64,000 bases of DNA from assembly GCA_020137815.1 (NCBI GenBank), contig CM035355.1:5456001-5520000 (forward strand), read 5' to 3'. Source of the DNA: Hormiphora californensis (taxonomy: Eukaryota; Animalia; Ctenophora). The notes under the pieces are model-generated. The model did not search any database. It saw only the letters and a program-made list of their open reading frames with translations, and had not been told where the DNA came from. Of the stretch, positions 12,236-27,075 are shown in pieces; the stretch's first letter is position 1; every line of letters begins with the position of its first letter. Made by a program: the position numbers and the translations under genes.

Positions 12236-15200
12236 ATGGTGCTGACTCAGTCAGACCTGAGTAGTCTACTGAGGCGGTGTGGGTCTCGGCACTTTGGTCA
12301 GATAAAAGAGAGTATCAGTACGGGGGGACAGAACCTCACCCGGACCTTCTCTGTCTCCTCCCTGGGCAGTGTGTCTGAGTATGCGAGATCCATTTTGGAT
12401 ACCAGACAACCCATTGCGTCTCTCCTTAATTATGTGGCAAAGAAACGGCAGTTCTCTCGGCATCAGGTAATGAAGTTTCGCCCGTTTGGCGGCGCTAACT
12501 CGATCTGAGCGCACAGCATCTGGCGGCGCGAGAAGAGGCCAGCCCTGATCATTATAGCCGGCCTGACTGTCTGGGCCGCTAATATTTATGTGTAAATTTT
12601 GAGAATGTTTCTGCTTAGTGGCCAAGTTTCATCACCTGAACTGGAAATTTGGGCAAGCTCCCGTCTCACAACTCTCTCACCCCCTCCCAGGACGAATCTA
12701 AATCGTTTGAAGATGGACCCCCGGTGCCTCCCCCAGTAGCCCACCACTCAGGGGAGGACCCCAGTTTCTACGAAGAGGACGAGGACCCTGCGGAGCTTAT
12801 CCAGCAGAGTTTTACTGATTTCATCATTGACCCCACGGGGGATCTGTATTATTGTTGGCAGGGCATTGTTGGGATCAGCGTGTTCTATAATATCATATTT
12901 ACCGTTATGAGAATTGCTTTTGAGCAACTTGAATCTGTAAGTTGAGAGATGCTGCTCAAAGTGCTAAAAAATACTCTGTTTTGGTGGCTCTTATAGTTTA
13001 GCCAAGCTAATCCCATAATCTGCCCTCTATCCCTAAACATATTTTAGTATTGATGGCTGTAATTCCCTCCTCCCCCAAATCCCCCTCTAGTCTCTACCCC
13101 TAAACATGAACACATCCTGTAACCCTATTACTGGTCCCAGTAATACACTAACCTCCCTCCTTGTTCCCAGTATTGGTGGCTGTTCTGGGTGTTTGATCTG
13201 ATAACTGATGTAGTTTACGCAGCTGACATGGTCATCCAGATGAACATATCGTTCATTGACGATGGAATTTATGTAAGTAATAGTAGTCTTACGAATCTGA
13301 GTATTTACGATGGTAATTTTTGCCCAGTTTGCCAAATGAACTCTCCCCGAACTCCCCTTTTTGAGATTTTGTCAAAGTTTTGTCAAAGTTTTAAACCTGA
13401 CCCAATAATCGCCTTCCTAATAATCGTTGTCAGGCCAATGCTCTGACAGAATAATCACTGCCCCCTCCCTTCCCCAATAATTCGCCCCCCCCCCCTTCCC
13501 TCACTAATCACCATGTTGCTCAGGTGACCGATAAAAAGCAGCTGAAAGAGCACTATCTAAACACGAGACGATTTACATTCGATGCAGTTTCCATTCTCCC
13601 GCTCCCCTACGCTACTCTTGCCATACGAGTAATATACTGGCTTTTTCGGAAACTAATTGGTAAGAAATCATGTTTTCTCTGCCAGACCAATGCTCTGAAC
13701 ACTGCGCAATGAGAATCAGTGTTTTCTTCTAAAAGAATAAGTTTCAAGTCATCCTGCATTACAAGCTAAAGAAATAAGCTAAGTAGGACATCTCAAATTC
13801 GAAGTAGGGCCGCTTCCAACTCACATTGTACCTTTAAGATGTTCCTCCTCTGCAGGAATGACTGATTTCGGGTTGACAGTTCCAGTGAGTGAGATAACGT
13901 TAATTGGCTTCTGCAGATTACCCAGGATTGTCAAATACCGGGCCTTGTCTGAGTTTCTAGCTGCAATGGAAAGGTATATGTTAAAATTGATTAAAAACTT
14001 TGCTAGTTTTACCCCTTCCTATGAGACCCCAACAACAGCTAGTTGTGTTAGTAACATGTTCCCAGTAACAGAAGACTAACACACTCTAACATTTGACATA
14101 CTCTAACATCTAACACACTAACATTTGACATACTCTAACACACACTCTAACATTTGACATACTCTAACATCTAACACACTAACATTTGACATACTCTAAC
14201 ACACACTCTAACATTTGACATACTCTAACACACACTCTAACATTTGACATACTCTAACACACACTCTAACATTTGACATACTCTAACATTTCAGAAGGGC
14301 TAACACATTTCTCCCTTGCGTTTCAGCCCCTAACATATGATTTCAGCCCTTAACACATCCCCTGTATTTCAGCCCCTAACAATCTAACATGCCCCTAACA
14401 CATTCCCCCTGCACATTTCAGCCCCTAACAATCTAACATGAAACTAACACATTCCCCTGCATTTTAGCCGTACTAACGCACCTGATACATTCCGGGCGTT
14501 CAATTTGATTGTATGTCTGCTGGTCATTATACATTGGATCGCCTGTGTGTTCTATTGTATTTCCTGGTATGAGGGATTTGGGGTTAACACCTGGGTCTAC
14601 CCTGCCACAGAGGAAGGGGATGATGATCATGTATTTCTTCGGTTAGTTTCACTTTCATTTTACCATGTGTATTTCTTCGGTTAGTTTCACTTTCATTTTA
14701 CCATGTGTTTCTAAGGTTAGTTTCACTTTCACTTTCACCACGTGTCTCTTTGGTTAGTTTTACTTTCACTTTACCACGTGTATTCTTAGGTTAGTTTCAC
14801 TTGTTTCTTACAAATACAATCATACCTACAACATTTGTAGCTGCAGTTAGCCCTTATCGGTTGGCTTTATATTCTAGTCGAATTACCACTAAAATCGTAT
14901 CGAATTGGTACTGGTAGTACCACTACGAAACGATTATACGTGGGGTTAATTCGACTAGAAGAACTAAACCACTGACAGTTCCACTACCATACACTTACCA
15001 AATCTCTCTAGAAAGTACACGGTGTGTTTCTATTGGTCCTTCCTAACTCTCACAACAATCGGAGGAGGATCAGATCCGGAGACTAACCTGGAATTCCTGT
15101 TTACCGGCCTTACCTTCTTCAACGGTAGGTTGCTATAGCAACACAACACCATATATAGGCATTTTGGTTGATAGAGCAACAACACCATATTTAGGCATGC

Positions 15201-18200
15201 ATGAGCCATGTAACTTGTTTTGACAGTACACAATCATATCATTGTCGTGACATTTCAACTCAATGTGATGCCATCATGTTTATGATCATGAGTTCATTGT
15301 GATGCAATGACGTCACTCATTGCAATAACGTCGTATGTTTCACACTCCTTCCAACACGTGTGACGTCATATGTTTCACACTCCTTCCAACACGTGTGACG
15401 TCATAATGTTTCATACTCCTTCCAACACGTGTGACGTCATGTGTTTCACACTCCTTCCAACACGTGCGACGTCATGTGTTTCACACTCCTTCCAATATAT
15501 GTGACGTCACTATTCCCCCCCTGTCAGGCCAATGCTCTGACAGTTCCCCCCTGTGTGCAGGTGTGTTTGTATTTGCCGCGGTGGTGGGTAACGTGGGGGA
15601 TGTGATCAGTAACATGCACGCTGCCAGGACTGAGTTCCAGGCCAAAGTGGATGATATAAAGAGGTATGTGTGTGACGTCATAAGTTGACGTTATGACGTC
15701 ATATCACGACGTCATAATATGGGAACGTCATGACGTCACCAGAGTAGACTGCAGGGTCGGAATGCTCTTCTAAACTCTGTCGAATCTCCATCTGCAAAAG
15801 GAGTATTCTAGAAACCCAGACAATCATTTCCCTCACTAACCCTACTGAACCCTCCAAAGGTACATGCTGCACCACCGGGTCCCGGATCCACTCCAGAAGA
15901 GAGTTAAGAAGTGGTTCGACTACAGCTGGGGGAGAACTAACGGGGTTGATGAAACCTCTCTCCTGGAGACACTTCCAGATAAACTACGGGCACGGATCCA
16001 GATACAAATACATTTGAAGACACTAAAAAAGGTACTAATGGGAATGATTCAGGAGCTACAGGTGGTAACACCATGAAATGTGGTATGTTTCTCGATGCCC
16101 TATGTTACGTTTTTAAGTCGCGGGGGTTTGGGAGAATTCAAATAACAGCTAGCTGGTACTTTTAGTTCTCCTGCAGGTGACAATATTTGAGAATTGTGAA
16201 AATGGGCTGCTATGTGAACTGGTCCTAAAACTCCGACCCCAGATCTATTCGCCCCGGGACTACGTCTGCAAAAGAAACGAAATAGGTTAGTTCATCGGAT
16301 GAGGCAGTAAATTAAATTGATGACTAGAATAAACTTGAATACTATACTTTGATTTCACCTGTATATCGGTCATCAGCACTGTCGAATAGAGTTTCAAGAT
16401 TCAACCCCCCCCCCCCACAGGGAAGGAAATGTACATAATCAACCACGGCAAACTGGAATGTATCGTCACTACTGAATCAGGGGAACGGATAGTGGTTGCA
16501 ACATTGACGGAGGGGAAGTATTTTGGAGAGATCTCCTTGCTGTCATTTGAAGGCAACAACAGGAGGACTGCGGATGTAAGGAGTGTTGGGTATTCGGAAC
16601 TTCTGGTGCTGTCAAAGAAGGCCCTAATGTCGGTAAGAATCTGACTAGTTACCATGGTAACCTCCTAGTTACCATGGTAACCACCTTTATATTCTGGTGC
16701 TATCAAAGAAGGCCCTAATGTCGGTAAGATGGAGAGGTGGTTACCATGGTAACTATTCGATGTTACTACACAGTATACATACACTGATCCCTCGCCTTCA
16801 GAAACTGAGACCTTACTCGGCCGCCGGGCCGAAACAAAAAGTTTTAGATGAACTTCCAACTTCAAGTGAAACTATATTTTATGCCCTTGGTTTATTAATG
16901 ACTATAATTTTACCTTTCAGGCCCTGGTTGACTATCCAGAAGCAAGGAAACAGTTGGAGTACCAGGCTCAGTTGCGGATTAGCTCGAACAGGAAAATGAG
17001 CCATGCACTAAAGGAAACCACTTCCTCACTATCCCACGGGTAATGTTGATCTCTTGCTGTCAGGAACCGACCGAAACAAGTAAACAACCAATCAGAACTC
17101 GTTATTTAGGTCACGTGACTGGTTATCAGCCAATCAGGGACCAGTATTTCATGATTCGGTCGCTTCCTGTTATCTAGAATTTGGAAATGTTGAATCCTAG
17201 GCCTAGATTTCTACAAACAACAAAGTTATTCCATTTCTTGTTTCAAAAGCTTCTATCTCTCTCAGTTCATCCAAGACGCGAAGAAGTGATAAGACGTTAC
17301 TGAAGACGACCCTGTGTAGTTCTGCTAACCAGAGCACCGAACAGGAACAGTAAGTTTAGAATAGCTGTTTTTCAATTTTTATCCTGAGCAGATCTCATTC
17401 ATGATACTTTTCGTTAGCTTTAATATAACGGATACCTCGATAGCGATAGTGCGCTCATATCGGGGTCTCCAGACAGTAAATCCATGCCCAAATTCTGCTA
17501 CTGAAAAGCTATACATGCAAGTAATGGTCCATTCTGACATTATATCCACTCTGCAGTTCGGGGAAGCACAGGGGAGGGGCATCTGCACCTGGCAAAGGAG
17601 GAGGGTCATCACAAGACTTTACACGCAGCCAACTAGGAGAGTTGCAGAAAATAGTGGCGGACCTCAGGAATGTGGATTATATGGTAGGTGTTCAATAATA
17701 AAAGCTTCAATACCCCCCCCCCCCCATTTAGCCATAATTCTCAGCGATCTGATTTCTTTTCAATTTCGATTTCCTTCACCAACTTCCACAATAATTTAAC
17801 TCACAACCCCCTCTCCTATAACAGACAACCCGGCATGAATCTCTCTCCACTACCAGTACTGCAGACCATCCACCCCTTACTAATCCACAATTCCCTACAG
17901 ACTCAACTAACTAAATACTGACTCACAACCCCCCTCCTACAGACAACCCGACAACGGATAAACGACATGGAAGATACGATATCGACCCTACGGAATGCCA
18001 TTGCAGACAAAACTGCACAACATGAGGAAGCTCTAAACAAACTAGAGGCCCTTCACAAACTCCACATAGGCCCTCAAACTAATGGAACTACCATGAACGG
18101 TCACTCTCGGACTGAAAAACTGCGTTATTTAACTGAACGAATCAGTCAGATCGACCGGCCTCTAGATGATAGCGTGAGCGAGAGAACTAAGCGTGTACTA

Positions 18201-19370
18201 GAGACAATGCAACGGGAACGTGTTAAAAGTTCCGGTGTTTCACGACAGAAATCATTTGTAGAAGAGGACAGGAGTAAGGTTCCTGAAAAGACTGTCATTC
18301 AGAAGTACCTGAAACAATCGGAACAGGAAAAGAAGGACTCCGCCTCTTCATCTTCTTCATCTAGAGAGTGTGGCAGTTCGTCAGACGGTAGAGCACCGGC
18401 AACCCGCCGGAATAGCTCGGGACGGATCCTACAACGCCGGAAATCAAAACTATTTATTATAAAATCTAATTTACAGCCAATTATTGATAGGAGTATGAGT
18501 GGTAATACATTATCGTTCGCTAGCCCCGGAGCGGATGCAACAGCTAAAGTTGATCCACTCACCATCCCAGTTGCGGTCCCCCTGTGCAGGCAGAAATCAG
18601 AACGACATGGCTGTGTCTCCCCAACCTCTCCCAGATCACCCAGATCACCAAGGAGTAGGAACTCGGGGGAACTTTCCCCGAGAACTAAACGGAATGGAGG
18701 AGTTTCTCCGACAACAACCCGGGATTCAGGGGAAGTATCTCCAACAAAACATAGTTCAGGGGGTGTATCTCCAACTAGAAGAAGTCCTAATGGGGGTGTA
18801 TCACCGACAAGAAGTCCTAATGGGGGTACATCTCCAACGCGACAATCAAGTCCTAGTGGGGGTATTTCCCCAACAAGGAAAAGTCCTAATGGGGGTGTAT
18901 CACCTACCAGCCTAACTTCTGAGGGTATTTCCCCGACTGCTAGCCTGACTTCTGGAGGCATATCCCCCGCCGCTAACCGAAGTCCTGGCCCTCCTCGACG
19001 GCGTGGCTCCCTCGCAGGGCTCATGACACCAGGTCGGAGGGAATCAATAACAAAGTGTAAAGACCATGATTCTAACTCAAGAAGGGGGTCAGGTCACATT
19101 GACAATCTGATCTCACGTTGTGATGAACCTTACGATTCAGATATTAGGAAATCTTTTGACTCCTCTGTTTCAACGAACAGTAGGAGTCAGGGTGGTAGGA
19201 GGCAATCTATCGATAATTCAACAGCTCTGATTACAGCAAGTATTAAGAGTAAGAGATACGCCATGCCTGATCCGGAATTCAGTGTTTGGAAGCTCGGTTG
19301 TAGTTGGGGGGTACGGGGACAGTTGTACATCCCAATCAGGGGTCAGATGATGAAGATGAAGATGGGATGA
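12236..19370 (+). CDS. Cyclic nucleotide-gated cation channel subunit (CNGA-like), 15 exons
   Basis: Phase-consistent GT-AG exons: 12236-12466, 12691-12936, 13171-13272, 13524-13659, 13856-13973, 14468-14641, 15012-15124, 15561-15663, 15860-16031, 16177-16285, 16421-16632, 16921-17039, 17266-17349, 17557-17683, 17943-19370. Motifs: [13 protein letters not shown]4 [26 protein letters not shown], pore [13 protein letters not shown]6 VVGNVG..ISNM..ARTEFQ, C-linker, [23 protein letters not shown]. The C-terminal end is uncertain (possible extension to ~19498). Confidence 0.93.
14079..14467. repeat. Intronic minisatellites in CNG intron 5
   Basis: ACTCTAACATTTGACAT-based units (14079-14290), then ATTTCAGCCCCTAACA units that resemble the downstream acceptor. 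Confidence 0.85.
14625..14805. repeat. ~35-40-bp tandem repeat containing the exon-6 splice donor
   Basis: CATGT(GT)ATTTCTTCG|GTTAGTTTCACTTTCA repeated ~5 times with decay. Confidence 0.85.
14872..14960. mobile_element. Short inverted-repeat element (MITE remnant)
   Basis: TTCTAGTCGAATTA...TAATTCGACTAGAA termini. Confidence 0.5.
15305..15512. repeat. ~35-bp minisatellite rich in TGACGTCA and CACGTG
   Basis: Unit TGACGTCATATGTTTCACACTCCTTCCAACACGTG, about 5 copies in CNG intron 7. Confidence 0.85.
17061..17169. mobile_element. ~107-bp MITE (CAGGAACCGACCGA...TCGGTCGCTTCCTG)
   Basis: 14-bp TIRs. Same family at 10764-11637 and, inverted, at 24886-24994. Confidence 0.9.
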
Positions 19371-20556
19371 TTCTTCAACTACAACGGGCAGCTCTCTGTA
19401 GAGGCACTGAAATGGACCTGTCGGGAGCTCAAATCGGGTCGAAACTGGGCTGTGTAGTGATTGACTGTGTCAGTGTAGTGATTATTGTTCATTCTTAGTA
19501 TCTTGATGTGTGTGCAGATCATTTCGTATTTGTCAGACTCTAATAATTTCATTCTCATTGAGCCAGTGACACGATAATATTTGATTGCAAGTTTTACAAA
19601 TAGTATCATCCATGGGTAGAGAAATAGCGTATCCCATTGGGACTTGAATTAGGATATTTATTTGCCAAAAAGTAAAACCGTATTTGATTCTGAGATATTT
19701 TTTTGTATTTGTTTCAAAAGCTTTGTTGCATTCTGTTTTTGTGTAACAAAATGTACAGATTTTTATATTTCGAGCAAAAAATAGGTTGTCGTTGGATTTT
19801 AAAAGGCAAAAGCTCTAAATACTTCTGGTATGTGGTGCGATTACATATTTACTTGCTATTTGCACAATCTGGCCCCACCAGACAGCATTCGCACTGCGTG
19901 CATGGACTGACTCTGAGTGTGATCCCTCCACCTTTTTGGTATCAAAAACTCTGCCACTCTCGGTCACTCTCATTATGATGCTAATAAACAATTATCCAAC
20001 CACCCAACTACTAGTTGGATGGTTGGATAATTGTTGTGTGTTGTGGTCAGTAGATGAGTGGTGGCTAAAAAAGAAGGGAGAGGTGCTATTTTCAACACCT
20101 TGTTTATTTTATGGCGACTTGCCTGCAGTACAGAGATAGCTCTGCAGTACTGGGTTTAGTACAGTGTGGGAAGTTGTCTAGAAGAGTGTGTTTACATAGC
20201 CTAGGTTACTTCTCTCCTAGAAGTAGACATCAGCGGTCAGCCCATGGTGGTGTTTGTAGATCTGCCACTATTTTCGATGTGATCTACACGCCACATTTTT
20301 CACGAAAGGAGGGGAGGTTTGTCTACTTTTGTCAGATGCGTCGTGTATCATGATGCCGTGCTTTTTGGGTCTGTTGATCAGAGATTCGCATACTCTATGC
20401 TCAGTTTCATTTTCTCACGGCCGTATCGTGTTACGTTTACTGTTACGACTCTTACTGAATCTGTTAGAGCATTGGACTGACCCTATTATAATTTCTTTCG
20501 CGTGAGAACCGTGGCCAGTTGTTGATTAACTCAACAAGTGGTCAGAGCATTGAATC

Positions 20557-21383
20557 GGGGGGGGGGGGGACATGTTAATTGTTAATAAATCACCTCTTTT
20601 TTCCGATTTTGTTAATTAACGTTAATTAACAAAATTAACAAAATTAACAAATACTAAAATATTGGTGTTATCGGTTGATAATACGACTTTAACTGATTTA
20701 ATTTTGTAGTTTAATAACTTATCTAACGTTTGTATACCCATGCAAGGCCTCCTCCGATATCCAAAGTCCAACATACAAGTTTTTTGGCTCCAAATCGATC
20801 AAAATTTAAAGAGTACGAATATTTCAATTTAGCGTGTAAAATGTCACTTGAATGTAATTTTTTCATTGATAATCCATTATTCAGACGAAAGAAAGTGATG
20901 TACAACGTTTCTGTTTGAAAAAATTCCCAGAATTGCTTTTTTTGGTCAAAAATTGAAAATTTGCTTCGCTACAAATCCTTGTGTTTTTTTAGAAAAAATT
21001 ATTTTTGGGATATTTTTCGATTGAAGGTAAATTTATGAGTCTTATTAAGTTTTTAAGGTTGGAAAATTTGGATTAGTGTCATTTGACCTCAATTGCGGTT
21101 CAGGTTGGCTAGTTTTTGTTCGAATTTACAAAATGGAACAAATTGTTGTGGGAAGGCTGTAGTAGACGGCTTGGGGGTATGCAAATCATGCAGAAGGAAC
21201 ATCTTTGTTCGCAGAACAACATGCAGCATGTGTAATACCAAAAAACACGTGCTAAAGGGACTTTAGATGGTATAAATGGCATTTGTTAATGTTTGTTAAC
21301 TTTTGTTAATTATGTTAATAAATCACCTGTTTTTTCGATGTTAATATTAACAAAGTTAACAAAATTAACATGTCCCCCCCCCC
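20557..21383. mobile_element. Non-autonomous DNA transposon with poly-G termini and 8-9-bp TSD (Mutator/Merlin-like)
   Basis: (C)ATTGAATC|G(n)ACATGTTAATT...AATTAACATGTC(n)|ATTGAATC, with subterminal GTTAA/TTAAC repeats. Confidence 0.85.
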
Positions 21384-22608
21384 ATTGAATCAGGATAGGT
21401 ATTATACATTTCTCGCACAGGTGTCCATGTTACCAAGGCGTCAGACAGCTTGCATATGTATCATTATGTACCCACAAACTATATCGATAGTTAAGTGTGA
21501 GTACTTGGAATAGAGCATTTTACCAAAATCAGTACTTGGAATAGGGCATTTGACCAAATTCAGTACATATTTGCATAATATACCCCACCGATAGTAAATA
21601 TATAGCAAGCAATATATTCATCCTTTTTCAGAGGGTGCGACCTGAAGACATGATGTAATGATTCAAAGAGAGTATTTTTGTGTGGGGTGTCAGACCGCTA
21701 GTCTTTTGTTTTGCTTCTATCTCTCTCTCTCTGTCCCACTAAGTCTCAACAGCTCAGAGCACCCTTCTGTCTCACTCTATCTTTTCTTCTCTGTCTCCCT
21801 CTATCTCTCTCTCATTCAGAGTTTTTATAACGGAGCTCGATCGCCCACATTGTGTAAAAGCACTCAAGCTCTCGAGGGCTGGGCGACTGATATTCTTAGA
21901 GTTTCGCTGGTCAAGCAGTCTGCTACTGAATATATGTGCTGAGTGCTCTCTATTATAGTGACCGTGATTGGTTTAATTTGTCGCTCAGATTGGGCTGGCA
22001 TGGGGTAGTCGAGTTGGTTAATACATGGGGGGGGGGGGGGGGTTCTCGGTTGATAAATATTACATCATCGTCTTACTCAGTAAAGCAGTCAATTACTAAA
22101 GTGCTAGTCAGGGGGAGCACTTTTAAGTGCAGTATAGTGACTCTAGATCTAGTGAGGGTGAGAGAGAGAGAGAGAGAGAACGAACAGCTCGGCCTTTCTT
22201 TGATATGCACCTACAATAATGTGTGATGTCGACAGGACACCTGCCGCCTGTCAGTTGTCAAAATATCAGATTCCGACTCAAGATTTCATTGTACTTTTAT
22301 AGTGCTGATTCTGACTCAGAATCAGCACAAAAACCTAGTGAGACCTTGAATCGTACGTAGAGCTAAAAGTTTAACATAGATTTTGTTTTCATACCAATAC
22401 AATGCACCGAGGATACGATTAGCTGCAGATCTTATCAAGCTAGATAAGATCAAACTATCCAATCTATATTGCCTAACAAGCCTGGTTATATCCACGTGCT
22501 GCAGTCCATTGTGCAGTAGATGATAATTGGTGTGGAAGGTGTGAACAAGGTTGTGCAATCATGCAGTAATTGAGAGTGACATAGTCTAGTTTGCACCTTG
22601 TATGAGTA

Positions 22609-22702
<94 letters not shown>

Positions 22703-23313
22703 TCTCTCACCCCATCTCTCTCACCCCATCTCTCTCTCTCTTCCTGTGATGTGTGAACAAGATACATCTGAAAACAAACACTGCAGCAGACGCCAGACAG
22801 GCAGCTTGTTACTCGAGAGCTATGCGGCTGCTGCACTGCTACTAGTGCAATCTCTGTCTCACCCCACATGTCGCTATCTATAGCGCATAGTTGTAGAGTC
22901 AACAAACCGTGCTTCCCCAGTCCCCTTCACTCGAGATTTCCCCTCCAACTTCACGCTCTATCGACTCTATCTTTAGAGATGGGGCTGAGAAAATGATGAT
23001 CTATCGATATAGGTTTTTAGCAACTCTAAATCTGTAGCCTAGTGTCTGCACCTATAATGCATATATCCTGATATCCTAATTTGTATGCTGTTGAGAGATT
23101 GTTCATGATAACCCTATTAAGTGCTTTTGATCGGCCGCAGAACTTGATACAAGGGACGGCCTTCATCTCTCTTCGATATATCTTGTAGTTGTTGTTGTTC
23201 ATCTCTTTTCAATATCTAGTTATTTATCTACGGTGAAGTGGCGCCGATATAGCTGATATAATGTTATCATATTTTGCTCTAATCTGCCCAATTCTTCAGG
23301 TACTGCAGTAACC

Positions 23314-24627
23314 ATGTCCAATACCACATGTCAAGTATGCACACGTGCCCTCAATGAACAACCAGTAACGGTAACAAAATGTGGCCACATATTTCATGGG
23401 ATCTGTCTGAATCTATGGATGCAGTCGTTCTCTTCTTGTCCCCAGTGTCACGTCATTCTAGATGGTTAGTTTTATACTGGTATCGATAAAATATATAGGT
23501 ATTGCGACAGGGGTGTCCACTGTAGTGTTTCAGTGGGTATGCAGCTGCTCGAGACAGTCTGAGCAAGACTACTCACAGTCGTAAGATGTTCAAATTCTAT
23601 TTTTTAGTAAGCACAGTTGGTTGTCCATCTCCCACTATTTACAAACCCTCTACCCAGGTATAATGAAGAACGAATACCCCTCATCTCCCTCCTCCTTCAC
23701 CCGGGCACGGTCTGAGAGAAGGGAGCGACCTCCAATGGACCCACGCAGCTACACCTCCACCCCTCCTCCACGCACCTACACCTCCACCCCTCCTCCCACT
23801 GCCTACCACCCGCCACCCTACCTACAGTCCCGGCCCACTGACCTGTCGCTCAACAACCCCAACTTGTTGGGTCTGGCTCTGGGCCAATTCCTGGGTTCTG
23901 CAGGATCTACTCCTTCTTCCTCAACACCCTCCACTCCTGACCCCAGGCTTCATGAGATGGAGTGCGAGATATCGAAACTACGACTTGATCTGAAGTAAGT
24001 GGTAGGAATTAGTGGTGATTAGGAATCAGGATTTATAATTCTTGTCTGTGTATTAAAGTTAGGGTAAATTCTCTGGGGATTTAGGAATATATATGTGGGC
24101 AATTAAGGATGAGTTTCGGGTAAAATAAAGATCTCTTTGGCCTAGCTTTCTCTGATCTCACTCAACAAAGACTGAGTGACCTGTCACGCCCCCCCACCAC
24201 TCAACAAAGGCTGAGTGACCTGTCACGCCCCTCCCACTAGGTATGAGAGGAGAGCTAGAAAGAAAGTAGAGTTAGAATTACAGGAGGAGAAAGAGGATAG
24301 GAGAGGTTGGGAACACGAGAGACAGTGTTTACTGCAGGTTTGTCCCATTTTAGCAGCTTTGTGTTTTTTCATTCTTCACAACCAAAACCCCCCGAAAAAC
24401 CATCTCACCACTATTATTATTCCTAACCGAACTTTCGGTCGGGGCACGTGAGAAGGTCAAAAAAGGCAAACAAATATATTATCTTTTCCCAGATAAAGAA
24501 GATAAAGCCACCTCCAAAGGATCCCAAACAAAAAGCACCCAAGACTCCGTCGGACATGCCCAGATCACGAAGTGTATGTACCCTTCTGGGGAAAAGGAGA
24601 TCTTCCAAAAGTGTGAATGAATGGTAG
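23314..24627 (+). CDS. RING-H2 finger protein (putative E3 ligase) with Pro-rich and coiled-coil segments
   Basis: Exons 23314-23464, 23658-23994, 24241-24337, 24493-24627. N-terminus MSNTTCQVC-x13-CGHIFHGIC-x10-CPQC matches the C3H2C3 RING pattern. Splice phases are consistent and the stop is TAG at 24625-24627. Confidence 0.85.
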
Positions 24628-24885
24628 AAAAACAATGTTTAGCAATTCTTTTAGTTCATTTACCTCACATATTTTTTGCTGTGCTTCTTTTGAATTAGGC
24701 AATTATTGTTGATATTCTTTTTTCCTCTGGATTAGGACTCTGCAGGGTATCTGAATATCTTCCTTAGTTTTCTGAGAAATAGCTGAAATTGGCTCTTTTT
24801 TGTTGTTGTTATTTCTGTAAAGTATGAAAGTGTGTTATTTCTTCTGTAATATTATAGTAAATCATTGTAAGGCGAGAGCGTGTTA

Positions 24886-24994
24886 CAGGAACCGACCGAA
24901 TCAGGAAATACTGGTCCCTGATTGGCTGATAACCAGTCACGTGACCTAAATAACGAGTTCTGATTGGTTGTTTACTTGTGTCGGTCGGTTCCTG
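24886..24994. mobile_element. ~107-bp MITE, inverted copy
   Basis: CAGGAACCGACCGAATCAGG...GTCGGTCGGTTCCTG. Imperfect 8-bp flanks GCGTGTTA/GCATGTTC. Confidence 0.9.
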
Positions 24995-25279
24995 GCATGT
25001 TCTATTAACACACTTTCGCCTAATTGTAGAAACAGCTAATTAAGTGGTAGCTAAATGATTATCGTATTACAATAATAACATGTCGAGAATATATTTCAAT
25101 GTCTTTTAACCGCTCCGATAAATATTTAAATTGCTCACACTTATATATAATAACATTTATTATGGTTAAAGTTAAAGTAAAATAAAGATTTTGTGCATTT
25201 TGTCAGAGATAGAGATCCAGTGTGACAGTATCTGTGTGTAATTTACATAAGAAGTTAAATACTAGTGTCAGGTTTATCG

Positions 25280-26939
<1,660 letters not shown>

Positions 26940-26974
26940 CTTATTGACCTGGGTGTGGGTTTACAGTTGATATT

Positions 26975-27075
26975 TGTGAGTACAGTTGTTAGTACAGTTG
27001 TGAGTACAGTTGTGAGTACAGTTGTTAGTACAGTTGTGAGTACAGTTGTGAGTACAGTTGTTAGTACAGTTGTTA
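26975..27075. repeat. 12-bp tandem repeat
   Basis: (GTGAGTACAGTT/GTTAGTACAGTT) x ~8, just upstream of the AMMECR1 ATG. Confidence 0.9.

Noticed and set aside
12619-12690. Alternative start of CNG exon 2 at 12619
   Set aside because: It gives an in-frame TGA. The acceptor at 12690 has a better pyrimidine tract and the correct phase.
18299-19024. 241-aa antisense ORF
   Set aside because: It is the reverse complement of the repetitive CNG tail exon.
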